In this document: positions 1 to 10,253 of the stretch, piece by piece
Numbering within the stretch: position 1 is the first letter of the stretch
Layout of the letters: each line of letters begins with the position of its first letter
Source of the DNA: an uncultured Actinomycetes bacterium
GTDB lineage: Bacteria > Actinomycetota > Thermoleophilia > RBG-16-64-13
Assembly: GCA_963841735.1 (NCBI GenBank)
Contig: CAWJDT010000001.1
Span: forward strand, 352,001-416,000
Length of the DNA: 64,000 bases
Reading direction: 5' to 3'
Translations under genes and position numbers: made by a program
The notes under the pieces: generated by a model
The model's database searches: none
What the model was told of the DNA's origin: nothing
Seen by the model: the letters and a program-made list of their open reading frames with translations, nothing else

Positions 1-280
1 CACTCAAGCGACCACTTCGGTATAATGGAACACGGTTATCGCCAATGTCGGTTGTCGTCGTGTATTGTGAGATTCAGTCGACTATCGGTGAGGCGGGCGC
101 CGGTGAGTAGGCGATGGACAGAGGGGCCGCAAATTCTCACTTGAGACTGGGGTAAGGGGTGATGCGATTGTCGATGCCTTGACCACCATGCCGTCTCCAT
201 CAACCAACACACTTGCTCTGGGGTATCCTTACAGTGGCAAGGACAGGTTAATTCGAATCAATCACAGAAGGAGAACATCA

Positions 281-730
281 ATGAAGAAGCTGTATTCACT
301 AGGGCTGCTGGTTCTGGTACTGGTGCTGGTTGGCACCACGGTCGTAGCTTGCGGAGGCACCGACGAGACCACGACCACCGCCGCTCCGACTACCGTCGCA
401 CCGGAAGTCACCGATACGACCATGGCTGAAGTCACCGACACGACCGCGGGCGGCGCTGTTGGCACCGAGATCGGTGTCTACTTCGAAGACCAGGGCAACA
501 ACGTGGTCAAGGTCACCGACGTGCCCGCGCCGGGTCTGGCGTTCCCCATGTCCACCGAGGGCGACTTTGCCGCCACGATGGAAGCTTTTGACGCAGCCGG
601 AGCCAGCCTCGGTCTCCTCGAGACCACGACTGGTCTGCTGGACTACTCCTCGGTTGCCGACACGGCCGCCACGATCGTTGTCACGACTTCTTCCGCTACC
701 GTGTTCACATACGAGGTTCCCGCCAAGTAG
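281..730 (+). CDS. Secreted lipoprotein with Thr-rich linker, unknown function
   Basis: AGGAG RBS before ATG 281; MKK, hydrophobic stretch and lipobox VVAC; T/A/P-rich linker. Confidence 0.8.
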   Translation: MKKLYSLGLLVLVLVLVGTTVVACGGTDETTTTAAPTTVAPEVTDTTMAEVTDTTAGGAVGTEIGVYFEDQGNNVVKVTDVPAPGLAFPMSTEGDFAATMEAFDAAGASLGLLETTTGLLDYSSVADTAATIVVTTSSATVFTYEVPAK

Positions 731-762
731 TATCACCTCGGAGCAATCCGACCGCTTCTGCT

Positions 763-797
763 GAGGGAGGCCATGAAAATGGCCTCCCTCTCTTTTT
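763..797 (+). terminator. Rho-independent terminator
   Basis: GAGGGAGGCCAT-GAAA-ATGGCCTCCCTC perfect hairpin followed by TCTTTTT, between convergent genes. Confidence 0.85.
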
Positions 798-830
798 GCC
801 CTCGACCAAGCATAGCGGCGAGGTCGAAAA

Positions 831-3053
831 TCACGTCAGCGCCCGCGCCAGCACTTCGATAGGGTGCACCACCCTTCGTCCGGTCCCCGACTCGATCTGC
901 GAACGACACGAGATGCCGCAAGCGGCAACATCCCCCGGATGAGCTTTGAGTCGTTCGAAAAGCTGAGCGCCGATTGCCCTCGAGAGCGTCGAGTACTCTT
1001 TCTTGTAGCCAAACGAGCCCACCATGCCGCAGCAAAGCACCTCGACCTCATTGACGGTTACTCCGGGGATAAGACGGAGTAGTTCGGCAGGGTACGAGCC
1101 GATGCCTAGGCTCTTCTGGTGGCAGTGGCCGTGCACGACATAGGTTTCCGGCAACGTTTCGAGCCGAAGATTCAGCCGCCCGGCCCGGGCAAGCATGACA
1201 AGGTACTCCGTGATGTCGTAGCTATGCTCGGCAACGTGACGACCACGGTCGTCGCTCCGATACGTCATGGCTTCCAGCAATCTCGCATAGTCGTCACGCA
1301 CGGCCGAAAGGCAAGAGGGTTCGATGAACACCACCTCATAGCCTTGGTCCACCAGACTGCCGAGCTGGGCGATGTTCTTGACGGCCCACTCTCGGGGCTT
1401 GTCCAACAACCCTTGGCTAAGGGCCGCTCTTCCACAACATGAGTTGTGAGCGACGATGACCTCCAAACCCGCGTGCTCAAGAACCTCCACCGCGGCCTGT
1501 CCCACCTGAGGCAGGTTGTGATTCATGAAGCAGTCGACGAAGAGGGCCACGCGTCCGGTCGGGCCAGGCGCCTCAGCGGCCGGACCCGGGACCTCCGCGG
1601 TCGGAGCCATGGCCTCCATAACGGGAGTCGGCGGCGGCGCGGTCGTGCGCCCGGCGGCCTTTCGGTGCTCCCACCAGTCGCGGAACGTTTCTCTTTCGTA
1701 GGCCGGCATCGCGCGTGAGGGATCGATGCCTAGCAGACCAAAGGACAACCGTGCGGGCGGCGTGCGCATCAGCGCATTGCCGGCGGGAGCAAAGGCGCTG
1801 AGGGTCTTGCCCATCAGGTCTGTGCGGGCGAACACCCGCTGCCTCATGCCCGGGCCATACTCATTGTTGTTCCGCTCCCGGACCACTGTGTTCAGCCAGG
1901 GGATATCGATCTTCACCGGACAGACCTCCGTGCACCGCGAGCAGGTGGTACAAAGCCCGTTGAAATCCCGCGCGAGAGAATGGCCCTTGGTCACGTAGGT
2001 CCAGGCGCAGCCTATGCCTCCCGGGTAGGGGTCACCTCCGTACACGTGACCCCCGACCAAGGTATACGGAGCGCACGTGTTAAGACACGCGCCACACCGG
2101 ATGCACCTCAGAAGCTCCCGCAGTTCGCTGTCTTCAAGAGCTTGGGTCCGTCCGTTATCCAGAATGATGAGATGAAACTCCCGCCGCCTGCCGGCCGGCT
2201 GCCCCAAGAGTGGAGACGCCTGGCGTCCAGTGACAAGCGACACGTAGCTGGTCATCTTCTGTCCGGTGGCACTACGCGGAAGAAGCTCGAGAAACACAGC
2301 GAGATCCAACAGCCTGGGGATCAGTTTCTCCCGACCCACGACGGCCACGTGGATAGGCGGAAGCAGCGTGGTCAGACTGGCGTTTCCTTCGTTCTCCACA
2401 AGGACGATGGACCCCGTCTCGGCGATGGCGAAGTTCGCGCCGGTGATCCCCATGCCGGCTCGAAGAAAGTGTCGGCGCAGGTCTTCTCGCACCAGCCTCG
2501 TCAGACCCTCCGCGTCGGCGGGCGGATCGGCGATGCCCATCTTCTCCGAGAAGAGGCGGATGATCTCTTCCTTGCTCTTGTGGATGGCGGGCACCACGAG
2601 ATGGCTCGGGCGCTCTCCGGCCAGCTGGATGATCCGCTCGCCCAGGTCGCCCTCTACGACGCTGAGCCCGGCGCTCTCGAGAGCGTGGCCAAGGCCGATC
2701 TCCTCTGAAGTCATCGATTTTGACTTGACCACAAGGTCTACCGACCGCTCCCGCGCAAGGTCGCAGATGTAGTCGCAGGCGGCCTGACCATCCGCCGCGC
2801 GCACGATGACCGCTCCGGCGGCCTCGGCCTTGCTCTCGAATTCAGCAAGCAACTCGTCGTGCCTGTTAAGCGCCTCGTCTTTGATGGCCCTCGCCCGCTC
2901 GCGCAGTTCTTCGAACCCAGATCGGGGGGGCCAGGCCGTCGCCCGCCGCTCGAGCATGGTGCCCATGGCCCGGCTCATCGCGTCCCTCAAGATGGGGTTG
3001 GCCAGAGCAACATCGATCTCGCCGCCGATGTCTCTATCATGTGACTTAGCCAT
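831..3053 (-). CDS. lutB: L-lactate utilization Fe-S protein LutB (LUD + ferredoxin) fused to C-terminal CCG domains (LutA/GlpC-like)
   Basis: VKSKSMTSEE, PSHLVVPAIH, LPRSATGQK, CIRCGACLNTC, CTTCSRCTEVCPVKID; then CCGR, EPSC, HGHCHQ, CCGMVGSFG, GISCRSQI. Start set at MAKSH. Confidence 0.9.
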   Translation of the reverse strand: MAKSHDRDIGGEIDVALANPILRDAMSRAMGTMLERRATAWPPRSGFEELRERARAIKDEALNRHDELLAEFESKAEAAGAVIVRAADGQAACDYICDLARERSVDLVVKSKSMTSEEIGLGHALESAGLSVVEGDLGERIIQLAGERPSHLVVPAIHKSKEEIIRLFSEKMGIADPPADAEGLTRLVREDLRRHFLRAGMGITGANFAIAETGSIVLVENEGNASLTTLLPPIHVAVVGREKLIPRLLDLAVFLELLPRSATGQKMTSYVSLVTGRQASPLLGQPAGRRREFHLIILDNGRTQALEDSELRELLRCIRCGACLNTCAPYTLVGGHVYGGDPYPGGIGCAWTYVTKGHSLARDFNGLCTTCSRCTEVCPVKIDIPWLNTVVRERNNNEYGPGMRQRVFARTDLMGKTLSAFAPAGNALMRTPPARLSFGLLGIDPSRAMPAYERETFRDWWEHRKAAGRTTAPPPTPVMEAMAPTAEVPGPAAEAPGPTGRVALFVDCFMNHNLPQVGQAAVEVLEHAGLEVIVAHNSCCGRAALSQGLLDKPREWAVKNIAQLGSLVDQGYEVVFIEPSCLSAVRDDYARLLEAMTYRSDDRGRHVAEHSYDITEYLVMLARAGRLNLRLETLPETYVVHGHCHQKSLGIGSYPAELLRLIPGVTVNEVEVLCCGMVGSFGYKKEYSTLSRAIGAQLFERLKAHPGDVAACGISCRSQIESGTGRRVVHPIEVLARALT

Positions 3054-3582
3054 CGATGACCACCACATCCAACCTCAGAGGTCCGTGCACCCCGATGACG
3101 GGAGTGAGTTCGATATCCGAAGTGCGAGACGGGCCTGTGATGAAGACAAAGCGAGAACCTGGTTCGCCCACCTGCGAGGCGACGGAAGCAAGAACCGTCC
3201 CTAGATCCGGCTCAAGGCGAGAGGCGGGCAGCAAGGCCACATGGTGCGGAGGCAGAATGGAGACGAATCCCTCCAGGCCCAGCCCCGGTCCCATTAGAAT
3301 GGTGCCCGACGCCGCGACTCCCGCGAGCGCCTGACTGATTCCGGCGTCGGCTCCGGGAAGGACCGCTCCCGCCCGGTCGCTTCCGTCGTCGCAGACTATC
3401 TTGACACCTCGGCTCCGCAGCTCCTCAACAACGCCCTCGATCCCGGCGGCCGCGACCACGAAGTCGTCGTCCTTCAAGAGCTCGACGAGTTTGGTGCTCA
3501 CCTCATCTTCGGAAACTAGGTGAGCACCGGCTCCCACAGCCTCGCACTCTCGGACGAATCGGGCGATCAACGCCTCATCCAC
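3046..3582 (-). CDS. lutC: Lactate utilization protein LutC (LUD domain)
   Basis: C-terminal ITGPSRTSDIE...GVHGP motif; overlaps lutB start. Confidence 0.9.
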   Translation of the reverse strand: MDEALIARFVRECEAVGAGAHLVSEDEVSTKLVELLKDDDFVVAAAGIEGVVEELRSRGVKIVCDDGSDRAGAVLPGADAGISQALAGVAASGTILMGPGLGLEGFVSILPPHHVALLPASRLEPDLGTVLASVASQVGEPGSRFVFITGPSRTSDIELTPVIGVHGPLRLDVVVIDG

Positions 3583-3597
3583 AACGTCACCCGCTCC

Positions 3598-5061
3598 CTA
3601 TTGCGCCCCTTGGTCGTATTGCAGGTAGACCACATGGCTCTGCAGATATTCCTCGAGGCCATGTTTGCCGTCGGCCCCGCCTATGCCCGACTTGCGCCAG
3701 CCGGCATGGAAGCCCTGCATGGCCTCGAAGTTCTCCCGATTGACGTAGGTCTCGCCGAACTTGAGTTCTTTGCAGGCCCGCATGGCCACGTCGATGCTCT
3801 TGGTATAGATGGACGAGGTGAGGCCGAATTCGCAGTCATTGGCCAGCTCGATAGCTTCGTCCAGGTCCTTGAAGGTGGTGATGGGCAGCACCGGGCCGAA
3901 GATCTCCTGCTGCATGATCGCAGTCTCCTGCCGACAGCCGGTGAGCACCGTCGGCTCGAAGTAGAATCCCGGCCTCTGTTCGGCCCGCCTGCCGCCCAAC
4001 AGGCACGTAGCCCCGTCCGCAAGCGCCTGCGCGACGGCCGCCTCCACGCTTTCAAGCTGCGCCTTGCTGACCAAGGGCCCCATGTCCAAAGTGTCGTCCT
4101 GCAGCGGATCACCGTAACGCACCGCCTCCATGGCCGCCACGACCTTCGTGACGAACGCGTCGGCAACGGCCTCGTGCACATACACCCGCTCGGCACAGTT
4201 GCACACTTGGCCGGTGTTGATGATCCGCGAGTCGCAGATGGCCCGAGCCGCCAGATCCAAGTCGGCGTCGGCCATGACGATAGCCGGTGCCTTGCCGCCC
4301 AACTCCAGGGAGACCTTGGTGACGTTGTCCGCGGCCGCGTGCATGATCTTGACGCCCCCCTCCACGCTGCCCGTCATGCTGACCATGTCGACGCGGGGGT
4401 GGCCGGCAAGCGCGTGGCCCACGACAGCTCCAGCGCCCGACACCAGGTTGAACACGCCCTTCGGGAGGGAGCTCTCAGCGACGATGGCCGCGAATTCAAA
4501 GGCGTTGTTGGGCGTCTCGCTACTGGGCTTGATGACTATGGTGTTGCCCGTCACCAATGCCGGGGCCAGCTTGCGGGCGATGAGGAAAAAGGGGAAGTTC
4601 CAGGGCAGGATCCCCGCCACCACACCGATGGGGAGCTTAAACAGCAGGATATTCTCGTTGGGACGATCACTCTGAATGATCTCTCCCTCGTAGCGCCGGG
4701 CGAACTCGGCCATGTAGTCGAGGTAGTCAGCGGTGAAGAGGACCTCCACCTTGGCCAGCGGCATGACCTTGCCCTGCTCCTCGGCGATGATGCGGGCCAG
4801 GAAGTCCGCCTTGGCCCGGATGCCCTGGGCGATCTCGCGCAGGTAGCCGGCGCGCTCGATGGCCGGCCGCTTCGCCCAAGCCTTCTGGGCCCTCTCCGCG
4901 GCCAGCACGGCGGCATTTACATGCTTGGCACTCCCGGCCGGTACCTCAGACACCACCGCCTCGGTGGCAGGGTTGACCACCTGGATCATCGGCGTGTCCT
5001 CGTGGACAAACTCCCCGTCGATGAACATCTCGTACCGTTTCAACTGGGGTACCTCCCTCAC
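3598..5061 (-). CDS. aldA: Lactaldehyde dehydrogenase (AldA type)
   Basis: ILPWNFPFFLIARK, SLELGGKAP, GQVCNCAERVY, ENFEAMQGFHAGW, all typical of E. coli AldA; rhamnose context. Confidence 0.92.
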   Translation of the reverse strand: MREVPQLKRYEMFIDGEFVHEDTPMIQVVNPATEAVVSEVPAGSAKHVNAAVLAAERAQKAWAKRPAIERAGYLREIAQGIRAKADFLARIIAEEQGKVMPLAKVEVLFTADYLDYMAEFARRYEGEIIQSDRPNENILLFKLPIGVVAGILPWNFPFFLIARKLAPALVTGNTIVIKPSSETPNNAFEFAAIVAESSLPKGVFNLVSGAGAVVGHALAGHPRVDMVSMTGSVEGGVKIMHAAADNVTKVSLELGGKAPAIVMADADLDLAARAICDSRIINTGQVCNCAERVYVHEAVADAFVTKVVAAMEAVRYGDPLQDDTLDMGPLVSKAQLESVEAAVAQALADGATCLLGGRRAEQRPGFYFEPTVLTGCRQETAIMQQEIFGPVLPITTFKDLDEAIELANDCEFGLTSSIYTKSIDVAMRACKELKFGETYVNRENFEAMQGFHAGWRKSGIGGADGKHGLEEYLQSHVVYLQYDQGAQ

Positions 5062-6167
5062 CTGAGTTGCGTTGCCCTCACAGCCGCGAGCGGGTCTGCC
5101 TCCGCGCCCAGGCTAACCCGCGCCTGCGCACACAATCCGCGGACGTCCGTCGCGAAAGCATCTAGAAGAAGACGGTGTGCACCGAGGATGTCACCGTTCG
5201 CCTGGGCCGCCCGCAGCGCGTCCCGGTCGACCAGGAGAGCCTTAGCGTACGCCTCCTGGACGTTGAGTACGCTGAGGACGATCGCCTCCACCTTGGGCTC
5301 GATGCTGTGAGACTGATCTATGGTCAGTCGCGGCAACGGCCCGCCATCTGCAGTCAACTCGACAAACACCATGAAGAGCCCGAAGGGATCGACCGAGCCC
5401 ACTATGAGGTCGTCGTCGGCGTAGCGCCGGGCATTGAGGTGGATTCCGCCGAGGCGCTCTTCCATGGCCAGCAAGGCCACGATCTGCTCCACGTTCACAC
5501 CGTGCAGATGGTGTCCCAGATCGACGAGCACCCGCGCCCGCTCACCCAGCGACCGGCAGAGCAGCAGAGCCGAGCCCCAATCGGCCAGATCGGTGGCATA
5601 AAACGCGGGCTCGAACGGCTTGTACTCCACCAGAAGCTCTTGACCGGCAGGCAGGGCGGCATAGAGAACCTCCAGCGCGGCGAGCATGCGCCGCCTGCGC
5701 TCGCGTAGGTCGTCCTGGCCGGCATAGTTGGTGCCATCGGCAAACCAGAGCGACTGGGCCGTGGATCCGAGTTCAGCGGCGATACGCACGCAGTCGAGCA
5801 GGTGGTCCAGCGCCTTGGCTCTGACTCTTGCATCGGGATTTGTGACCGACCCGATGCGATAGTCAGGGTCCTGGAAAAGGTTGGCGTTGACCGCTCCGGC
5901 CCGCATCCCCCGCGATTCGATATGGGAGCGCAGCCCCGTCAGATCGTCTACTGCGTCCCAGGGAAAATGCAGAGCCACAGCAGGTGCGGTTCCGGTAAGC
6001 CGGTGCACCTCAGCCGCACGGTCTACCCTCTCGAACACATCCCGGGGCCCGTCTATCTGCGGAAACACACAGAATCGCGTGCCCGAGTCGGCGTAGCCCC
6101 AAGAGGGCGTCTCGATCTCCAGCTTGGCCAAGCGCTCTCTAACAGCGGTCTCGCTCAGTATGCTCAA
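5058..6167 (-). CDS. rhaI: L-rhamnose isomerase (RhaI / Streptomyces-Thermotoga type)
   Basis: IETPSWGY.DSGTRF, LHFPWD, EYKPFEP, DLGHH, YADDDL. Confidence 0.9.
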   Translation of the reverse strand: MSILSETAVRERLAKLEIETPSWGYADSGTRFCVFPQIDGPRDVFERVDRAAEVHRLTGTAPAVALHFPWDAVDDLTGLRSHIESRGMRAGAVNANLFQDPDYRIGSVTNPDARVRAKALDHLLDCVRIAAELGSTAQSLWFADGTNYAGQDDLRERRRRMLAALEVLYAALPAGQELLVEYKPFEPAFYATDLADWGSALLLCRSLGERARVLVDLGHHLHGVNVEQIVALLAMEERLGGIHLNARRYADDDLIVGSVDPFGLFMVFVELTADGGPLPRLTIDQSHSIEPKVEAIVLSVLNVQEAYAKALLVDRDALRAAQANGDILGAHRLLLDAFATDVRGLCAQARVSLGAEADPLAAVRATQLR

Positions 6168-7681
6168 GTACTCCTCCTATGCTCTCTTCCCACTCGACCA
6201 GGGTGCGAAAGGCCGGTGACCTTCAAGAATCGCTCGTAGGTATCGTCGCAAGCCGGCCCATCAGCCGCGGGAAGGTAGCGCTCGACCGCGACTGAGGCCC
6301 GAGCGACCTCCCTCATCTCCTCTTCCCCTGCGAGGTAGCCAAGCGAAACCGCCTGCATCAGCACATTCCCAAGCGCTGAGGCCTCGGCCGGCCCGGCGAC
6401 GACTTCGCGGCGCGTGATATCCGCGGTCAACTGGCAAAGCAACCTATTGCGGGTGCCGCCTCCCACTGCATGGATCACCTGGATAGTCCGGCCGCTGCAC
6501 CGCTCAAGATCCTCGATGACCAGCCGGTACTTGCAGGCCAGAGAGACGAGGATCGCCCGCACCAGAGCCCCCCTACTCTCCGGGCCGGCTTGGCCGCTCT
6601 TTTCGATCAGCGCCGCGATCCTACCGGGCATGTCTCCCGGGTAGGCGAGAGACGGTTCGTCCGGATCGAACAAGGACGTCTGCCCTTCTGCCGACGCGGC
6701 CAGAGTGGCAAGCTCGTCGTAGCTGGGCGGGGTTGCTCCTTCGCCCCAAGCGGCGCGGCACTGCTGCAGCAGCCAAAGTCCCATGACGTTGCGAAGCAGA
6801 CGCACCTTGCCGAACACGCCCCGCTCATTCGACAGGTCGGCAAGCCGGGCCGCCTCGGTCAACACGGGGGCGTCCAGCTCGAGGCCCACCAACGACCAGG
6901 TGCCCGATGCCAGAATCGCCGCGCCGGGCGTGCTCAAAGGCACTCCCGCAAACGCCGCGGCTGTGTCATGCGCCGCTGTGGCGATCACGGAAACTCCTCC
7001 CGGGAGGTGAAGATCCTCGGCATGCGTGGCCAGCAACGGTCCGAGTACCGTCCCGGCATCGACCAAGTCACCAAAGACGCGCGCCGGCAACCCGAGGCGG
7101 TCGATGATCTCGCCCGCCCAGAGGCCGCTCTGCGCCTCCAACAGCCCGGTGGTCGAGGCTGCCGTCCGCTCGTTTGCCACTACCCCGCAGAGCCAGAAGC
7201 TCAGCAGGTCGGAGATGAGGGCTACGCGGTGCGCAGCTCCAAAGGTCGGCGCCGTCTCCTCGGCGAGCAACTGGTACACAGTGTTAATGGGCATCGACCG
7301 GATGCCTGTTATCTGATACATGCGGTCTTTCGGTACGCGTTGAGCGGCAAGGTCGACCATGCCCTCGGTGCGTCGATCGCGATAGTGGAAGGGCGGCCCG
7401 AGCAGCGCCAGACTCTCGTCCAGCAGGCCATAGTCGACGCCCCACGAATCGACGGCGATGCTGTGGATGCGATGAGCCCGTCCCGCCAAGCCGATGCCCG
7501 CAAGGCTCTGCCGGTAGAGTTCGTGGATGTTCCAATGCAGCCCGTCGGGCAGTTGGTCGGGCCGATTTGCGAACCGGCTCACCTCTTCGAGTCTGACGGT
7601 GCCGCCCTCGAACCGTCCCAAGACGACTCGCCCGGACTCGGCGCCCAGGTCGATCGCGACAAATGCCACGTTAGCGTTCAC
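6164..7681 (-). CDS. rhaB: Rhamnulokinase (FGGY family)
   Basis: AIDLGAESGR, DSWGVDYGLL, YRDRRT, HDTA, SGTWSLVG, NVMGLWLLQ; start uncertain (GTG 7681 or ORF start 7720). Confidence 0.9.
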   Translation of the reverse strand: MNANVAFVAIDLGAESGRVVLGRFEGGTVRLEEVSRFANRPDQLPDGLHWNIHELYRQSLAGIGLAGRAHRIHSIAVDSWGVDYGLLDESLALLGPPFHYRDRRTEGMVDLAAQRVPKDRMYQITGIRSMPINTVYQLLAEETAPTFGAAHRVALISDLLSFWLCGVVANERTAASTTGLLEAQSGLWAGEIIDRLGLPARVFGDLVDAGTVLGPLLATHAEDLHLPGGVSVIATAAHDTAAAFAGVPLSTPGAAILASGTWSLVGLELDAPVLTEAARLADLSNERGVFGKVRLLRNVMGLWLLQQCRAAWGEGATPPSYDELATLAASAEGQTSLFDPDEPSLAYPGDMPGRIAALIEKSGQAGPESRGALVRAILVSLACKYRLVIEDLERCSGRTIQVIHAVGGGTRNRLLCQLTADITRREVVAGPAEASALGNVLMQAVSLGYLAGEEEMREVARASVAVERYLPAADGPACDDTYERFLKVTGLSHPGRVGREHRRST

Positions 7682-7884
7682 ATGCAACCTCTGTAACCGG
7701 CCGTCGGGTGAATCAAGCACGGTGACTGAAGTTTAGGCGAAGCGAGCGACGGCCGCAAGGACGCCGCGCCAAATCGAAACCGTCGTCCACGTTCCGGCGG
7801 CTTGTTGCCCAATCACGAATGGGATAGATTGTGGCTTGAAACACCAATTGCGCGGGCACTTACGCAGACCAGAGGGGCGACCAT

Positions 7885-8661
7885 ATGAAACGGGCGCTAG
7901 AGAACATAGCGGAGATCGCGGGACTGATTTCGGAGCGGGGGTGGGCCGAGCGCAACGCCGGCAACGTGTCTATTGACGTGACCGACGAGTGCAGGTCACG
8001 AGAGAAGCGCGGCGTCGAGTCCGCCAAAGTGAAGACGGCCAAGAAGTACCCAGAACTTGCCGGGCGCTGCTTCCTGGTGACCGCCACGGGCTCCCGCTTC
8101 AGGGACATCGCGAAGCGACCGGAAGAACACGTGTACATCGCGAGGATCGCCGATGATCTGGACGGCTATCACGTAGTGAGCGGGTCGGCCAACGGTGGGG
8201 GTGGCCCGACGTCGGAGTTCCCCTCACACCTCGGCATCCACGCCCATCTGCGGCGAAACGACCCCACCAAGAAGGTGGTCCTGCACACCCACCCCGATAG
8301 CCTGCTGGCGCTGACCCACATCCGCCAATATCTGGCTGAAGACGCGCTGAATCACCTGCTCTGGTCCATGCACCCGGAGATGAGGATCGTCATGCCCGAC
8401 GGCCTGGGTGTGGTGCCCTACGGCCTGCCCGGAAGCGAAGACCTGGCCGACAGCACCGTCAAGGTCCTGGAGAAGCACCGCATGGTGTTGTGGGAGAAAC
8501 ACGGCTGCGTCGCGGTCGGACAGGATGTTTTCGATGCATTCGACCTCATCGACACGGCCAACAAGTCGGCCAACGTATTCTTCATCGTGAAGAGCGCAGG
8601 CTTCGAGCCCGAAGGGCTTTCCACGGCCCAACTGGACGAGCTCGCCACCTGGGGCTCGTAG
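7885..8661 (+). CDS. rhaD: Rhamnulose-1-phosphate aldolase (class II)
   Basis: GWAERNAGNVS, PTSEFPSH, HTHP, WEKHG; divergent from rhaB. Confidence 0.9.
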   Translation: MKRALENIAEIAGLISERGWAERNAGNVSIDVTDECRSREKRGVESAKVKTAKKYPELAGRCFLVTATGSRFRDIAKRPEEHVYIARIADDLDGYHVVSGSANGGGGPTSEFPSHLGIHAHLRRNDPTKKVVLHTHPDSLLALTHIRQYLAEDALNHLLWSMHPEMRIVMPDGLGVVPYGLPGSEDLADSTVKVLEKHRMVLWEKHGCVAVGQDVFDAFDLIDTANKSANVFFIVKSAGFEPEGLSTAQLDELATWGS

Positions 8662-8763
8662 ATCTGACCGACGAGAGGCTCTCGGCTGCGCCTTCTCTAT
8701 GGTCGGCGTGCTCCACTGCCGAGCCTCCGCGTCGGCAACAAAGTGCGGGGGCGCATATGGGCT

Positions 8764-10236
8764 TTACGCGTGGTGGGCTTGTGCCGTGGGGCCTGCGCCG
8801 CCATCGGCGACATGAACCACTCTTCGCAGTGCCGGGTAGAGGCTCCGGAAGCGCGCATACAACTCGTCATAGCGATCTGCCCAGCGCGCGTCAGGCTCGA
8901 CGGTCCCGCTCACGCGCACGCAGCGGGACACGGCATCCTCAGCATCGCTGAAGACACCGGCCGAGATACCCCCAAGCAGCGCCGCTCCAAAGGCCGCGCC
9001 CGCGGAACTCGCCGTACGATCGAGCGGTAGCCGCAGAACTGAGGCGACGATCCTGAGCCAGAGCTCGCTCTCGGCACCTCCACCGGAAACGCGCACCGAA
9101 CCTGACCTCACGCCGAGCGAGCGCATGAGCTCCAGAGAGTCTCGCAGCCCAAAGGCCACACCTTCAAGCACCGAGCGGCAGAGCGCGCCCCGGTCGTGGC
9201 GTAGGTCGAGCCCACAAAAGGCTCCCCTGATGTCGGGGTCGGCGTGCGGGGTGCGCTCACCCGAGAGGTAGGGAGCAAAGGATAGGCCTTCGCATCCGGG
9301 AGGCCACGCCTCAGCCTCCTTAAGCAGCTCCTCATACGAGCCACCGAGGACACCTCTGAGCCAGCCAAGTGAACCAGCCGCTGAGAGCATGACTCCCATC
9401 GCGTGCCAAGTGTCGGGGACTGCGTGGCAGAAAACGTGCAGACGCGCCTGCTGGTCGGAGACATAGGCAGGGAGTGCCGAGAAGACCACGCCCGAGGTAC
9501 CGAGCACCACCGAGAGCGGCCCAGGCCTGACGACACCGACTCCGAGAGCCCCCGCGGCCTGGTCACCCGCGCCCGCCGCCACCGGGATCCCCGCCTGCGT
9601 TCGGCCGGAACGCTCCTGCGACTCGAGGGCTTGTGGAAGCCAGGCGACCGGCACCTCGAACGCCTCCAAGAGCTCTTCGCTCCAACTTCTCGCGGCCACG
9701 TCGAAGAGGAGAGTACCCGAGGCATCGGACACGTCGGTCGCGTGTTCGCCCGTGAGCCTCAGACGTACGTAGTCCTTTGGCAGGCAGATGTGCGCGATCT
9801 CGCCGTAGATGTCAGGCTCGTGGGCGCGCAGCCAGAGCAGCTTCGGTGCCGTGAATCCCGTCAATGCCCGGTTGCCGGTCAGCTCGATCAATCGTTCCAG
9901 TCCCAGCCTGCGCTCGATTTCCGAGCACTCAGCGCCGGTGCGTTGGTCGTTCCAGAGGATGGCAGGCCGCAGCACGCGGTCGTGTCTGTCGAGACATACG
10001 AGCCCGTGCATCTGGCCCGTGAGACCTATTGCCGCCGGCTCACCCTCGAGGCGCGCGAGCGCACGCTGCGTCGCGCTCCACCAAACACCGGGGTCCTGCT
10101 CCGCCCAACCAGGCCTGGGACTCTGGAGTTCGTACTGCTCTGAGACCTCCCCCGTCACCTCACCATCGGCCGTGACTGCAACCGCTTTGACGCTTGTTGT
10201 GCCGATGTCGAGACCGATGAGTATCTGTTGGGGCAT
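8764..10236 (-). CDS. xylB: Xylulokinase
   Basis: GLDIGTTSVK, TGQMHG, AILWNDQRT, GFTAPKLLW, GAGDQAA, PYLSGERTPH. Confidence 0.9.
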   Translation of the reverse strand: MPQQILIGLDIGTTSVKAVAVTADGEVTGEVSEQYELQSPRPGWAEQDPGVWWSATQRALARLEGEPAAIGLTGQMHGLVCLDRHDRVLRPAILWNDQRTGAECSEIERRLGLERLIELTGNRALTGFTAPKLLWLRAHEPDIYGEIAHICLPKDYVRLRLTGEHATDVSDASGTLLFDVAARSWSEELLEAFEVPVAWLPQALESQERSGRTQAGIPVAAGAGDQAAGALGVGVVRPGPLSVVLGTSGVVFSALPAYVSDQQARLHVFCHAVPDTWHAMGVMLSAAGSLGWLRGVLGGSYEELLKEAEAWPPGCEGLSFAPYLSGERTPHADPDIRGAFCGLDLRHDRGALCRSVLEGVAFGLRDSLELMRSLGVRSGSVRVSGGGAESELWLRIVASVLRLPLDRTASSAGAAFGAALLGGISAGVFSDAEDAVSRCVRVSGTVEPDARWADRYDELYARFRSLYPALRRVVHVADGGAGPTAQAHHA

Positions 10237-10253
10237 CGTCCCAGCGCCGAGGG

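Noticed and set aside
400-445. Tandem repeat GAAGTCACCGAYACGACC
   Set aside because: Coding repeat (EVTDTT x2) in a lipoprotein linker
3520-5310. Long plus-strand ORF (596 aa); similar ones at 45632-47476, 60092-61534 and 6470-7696
   Set aside because: Antisense shadows of well-supported genes in GC-rich DNA, with no recognisable motifs
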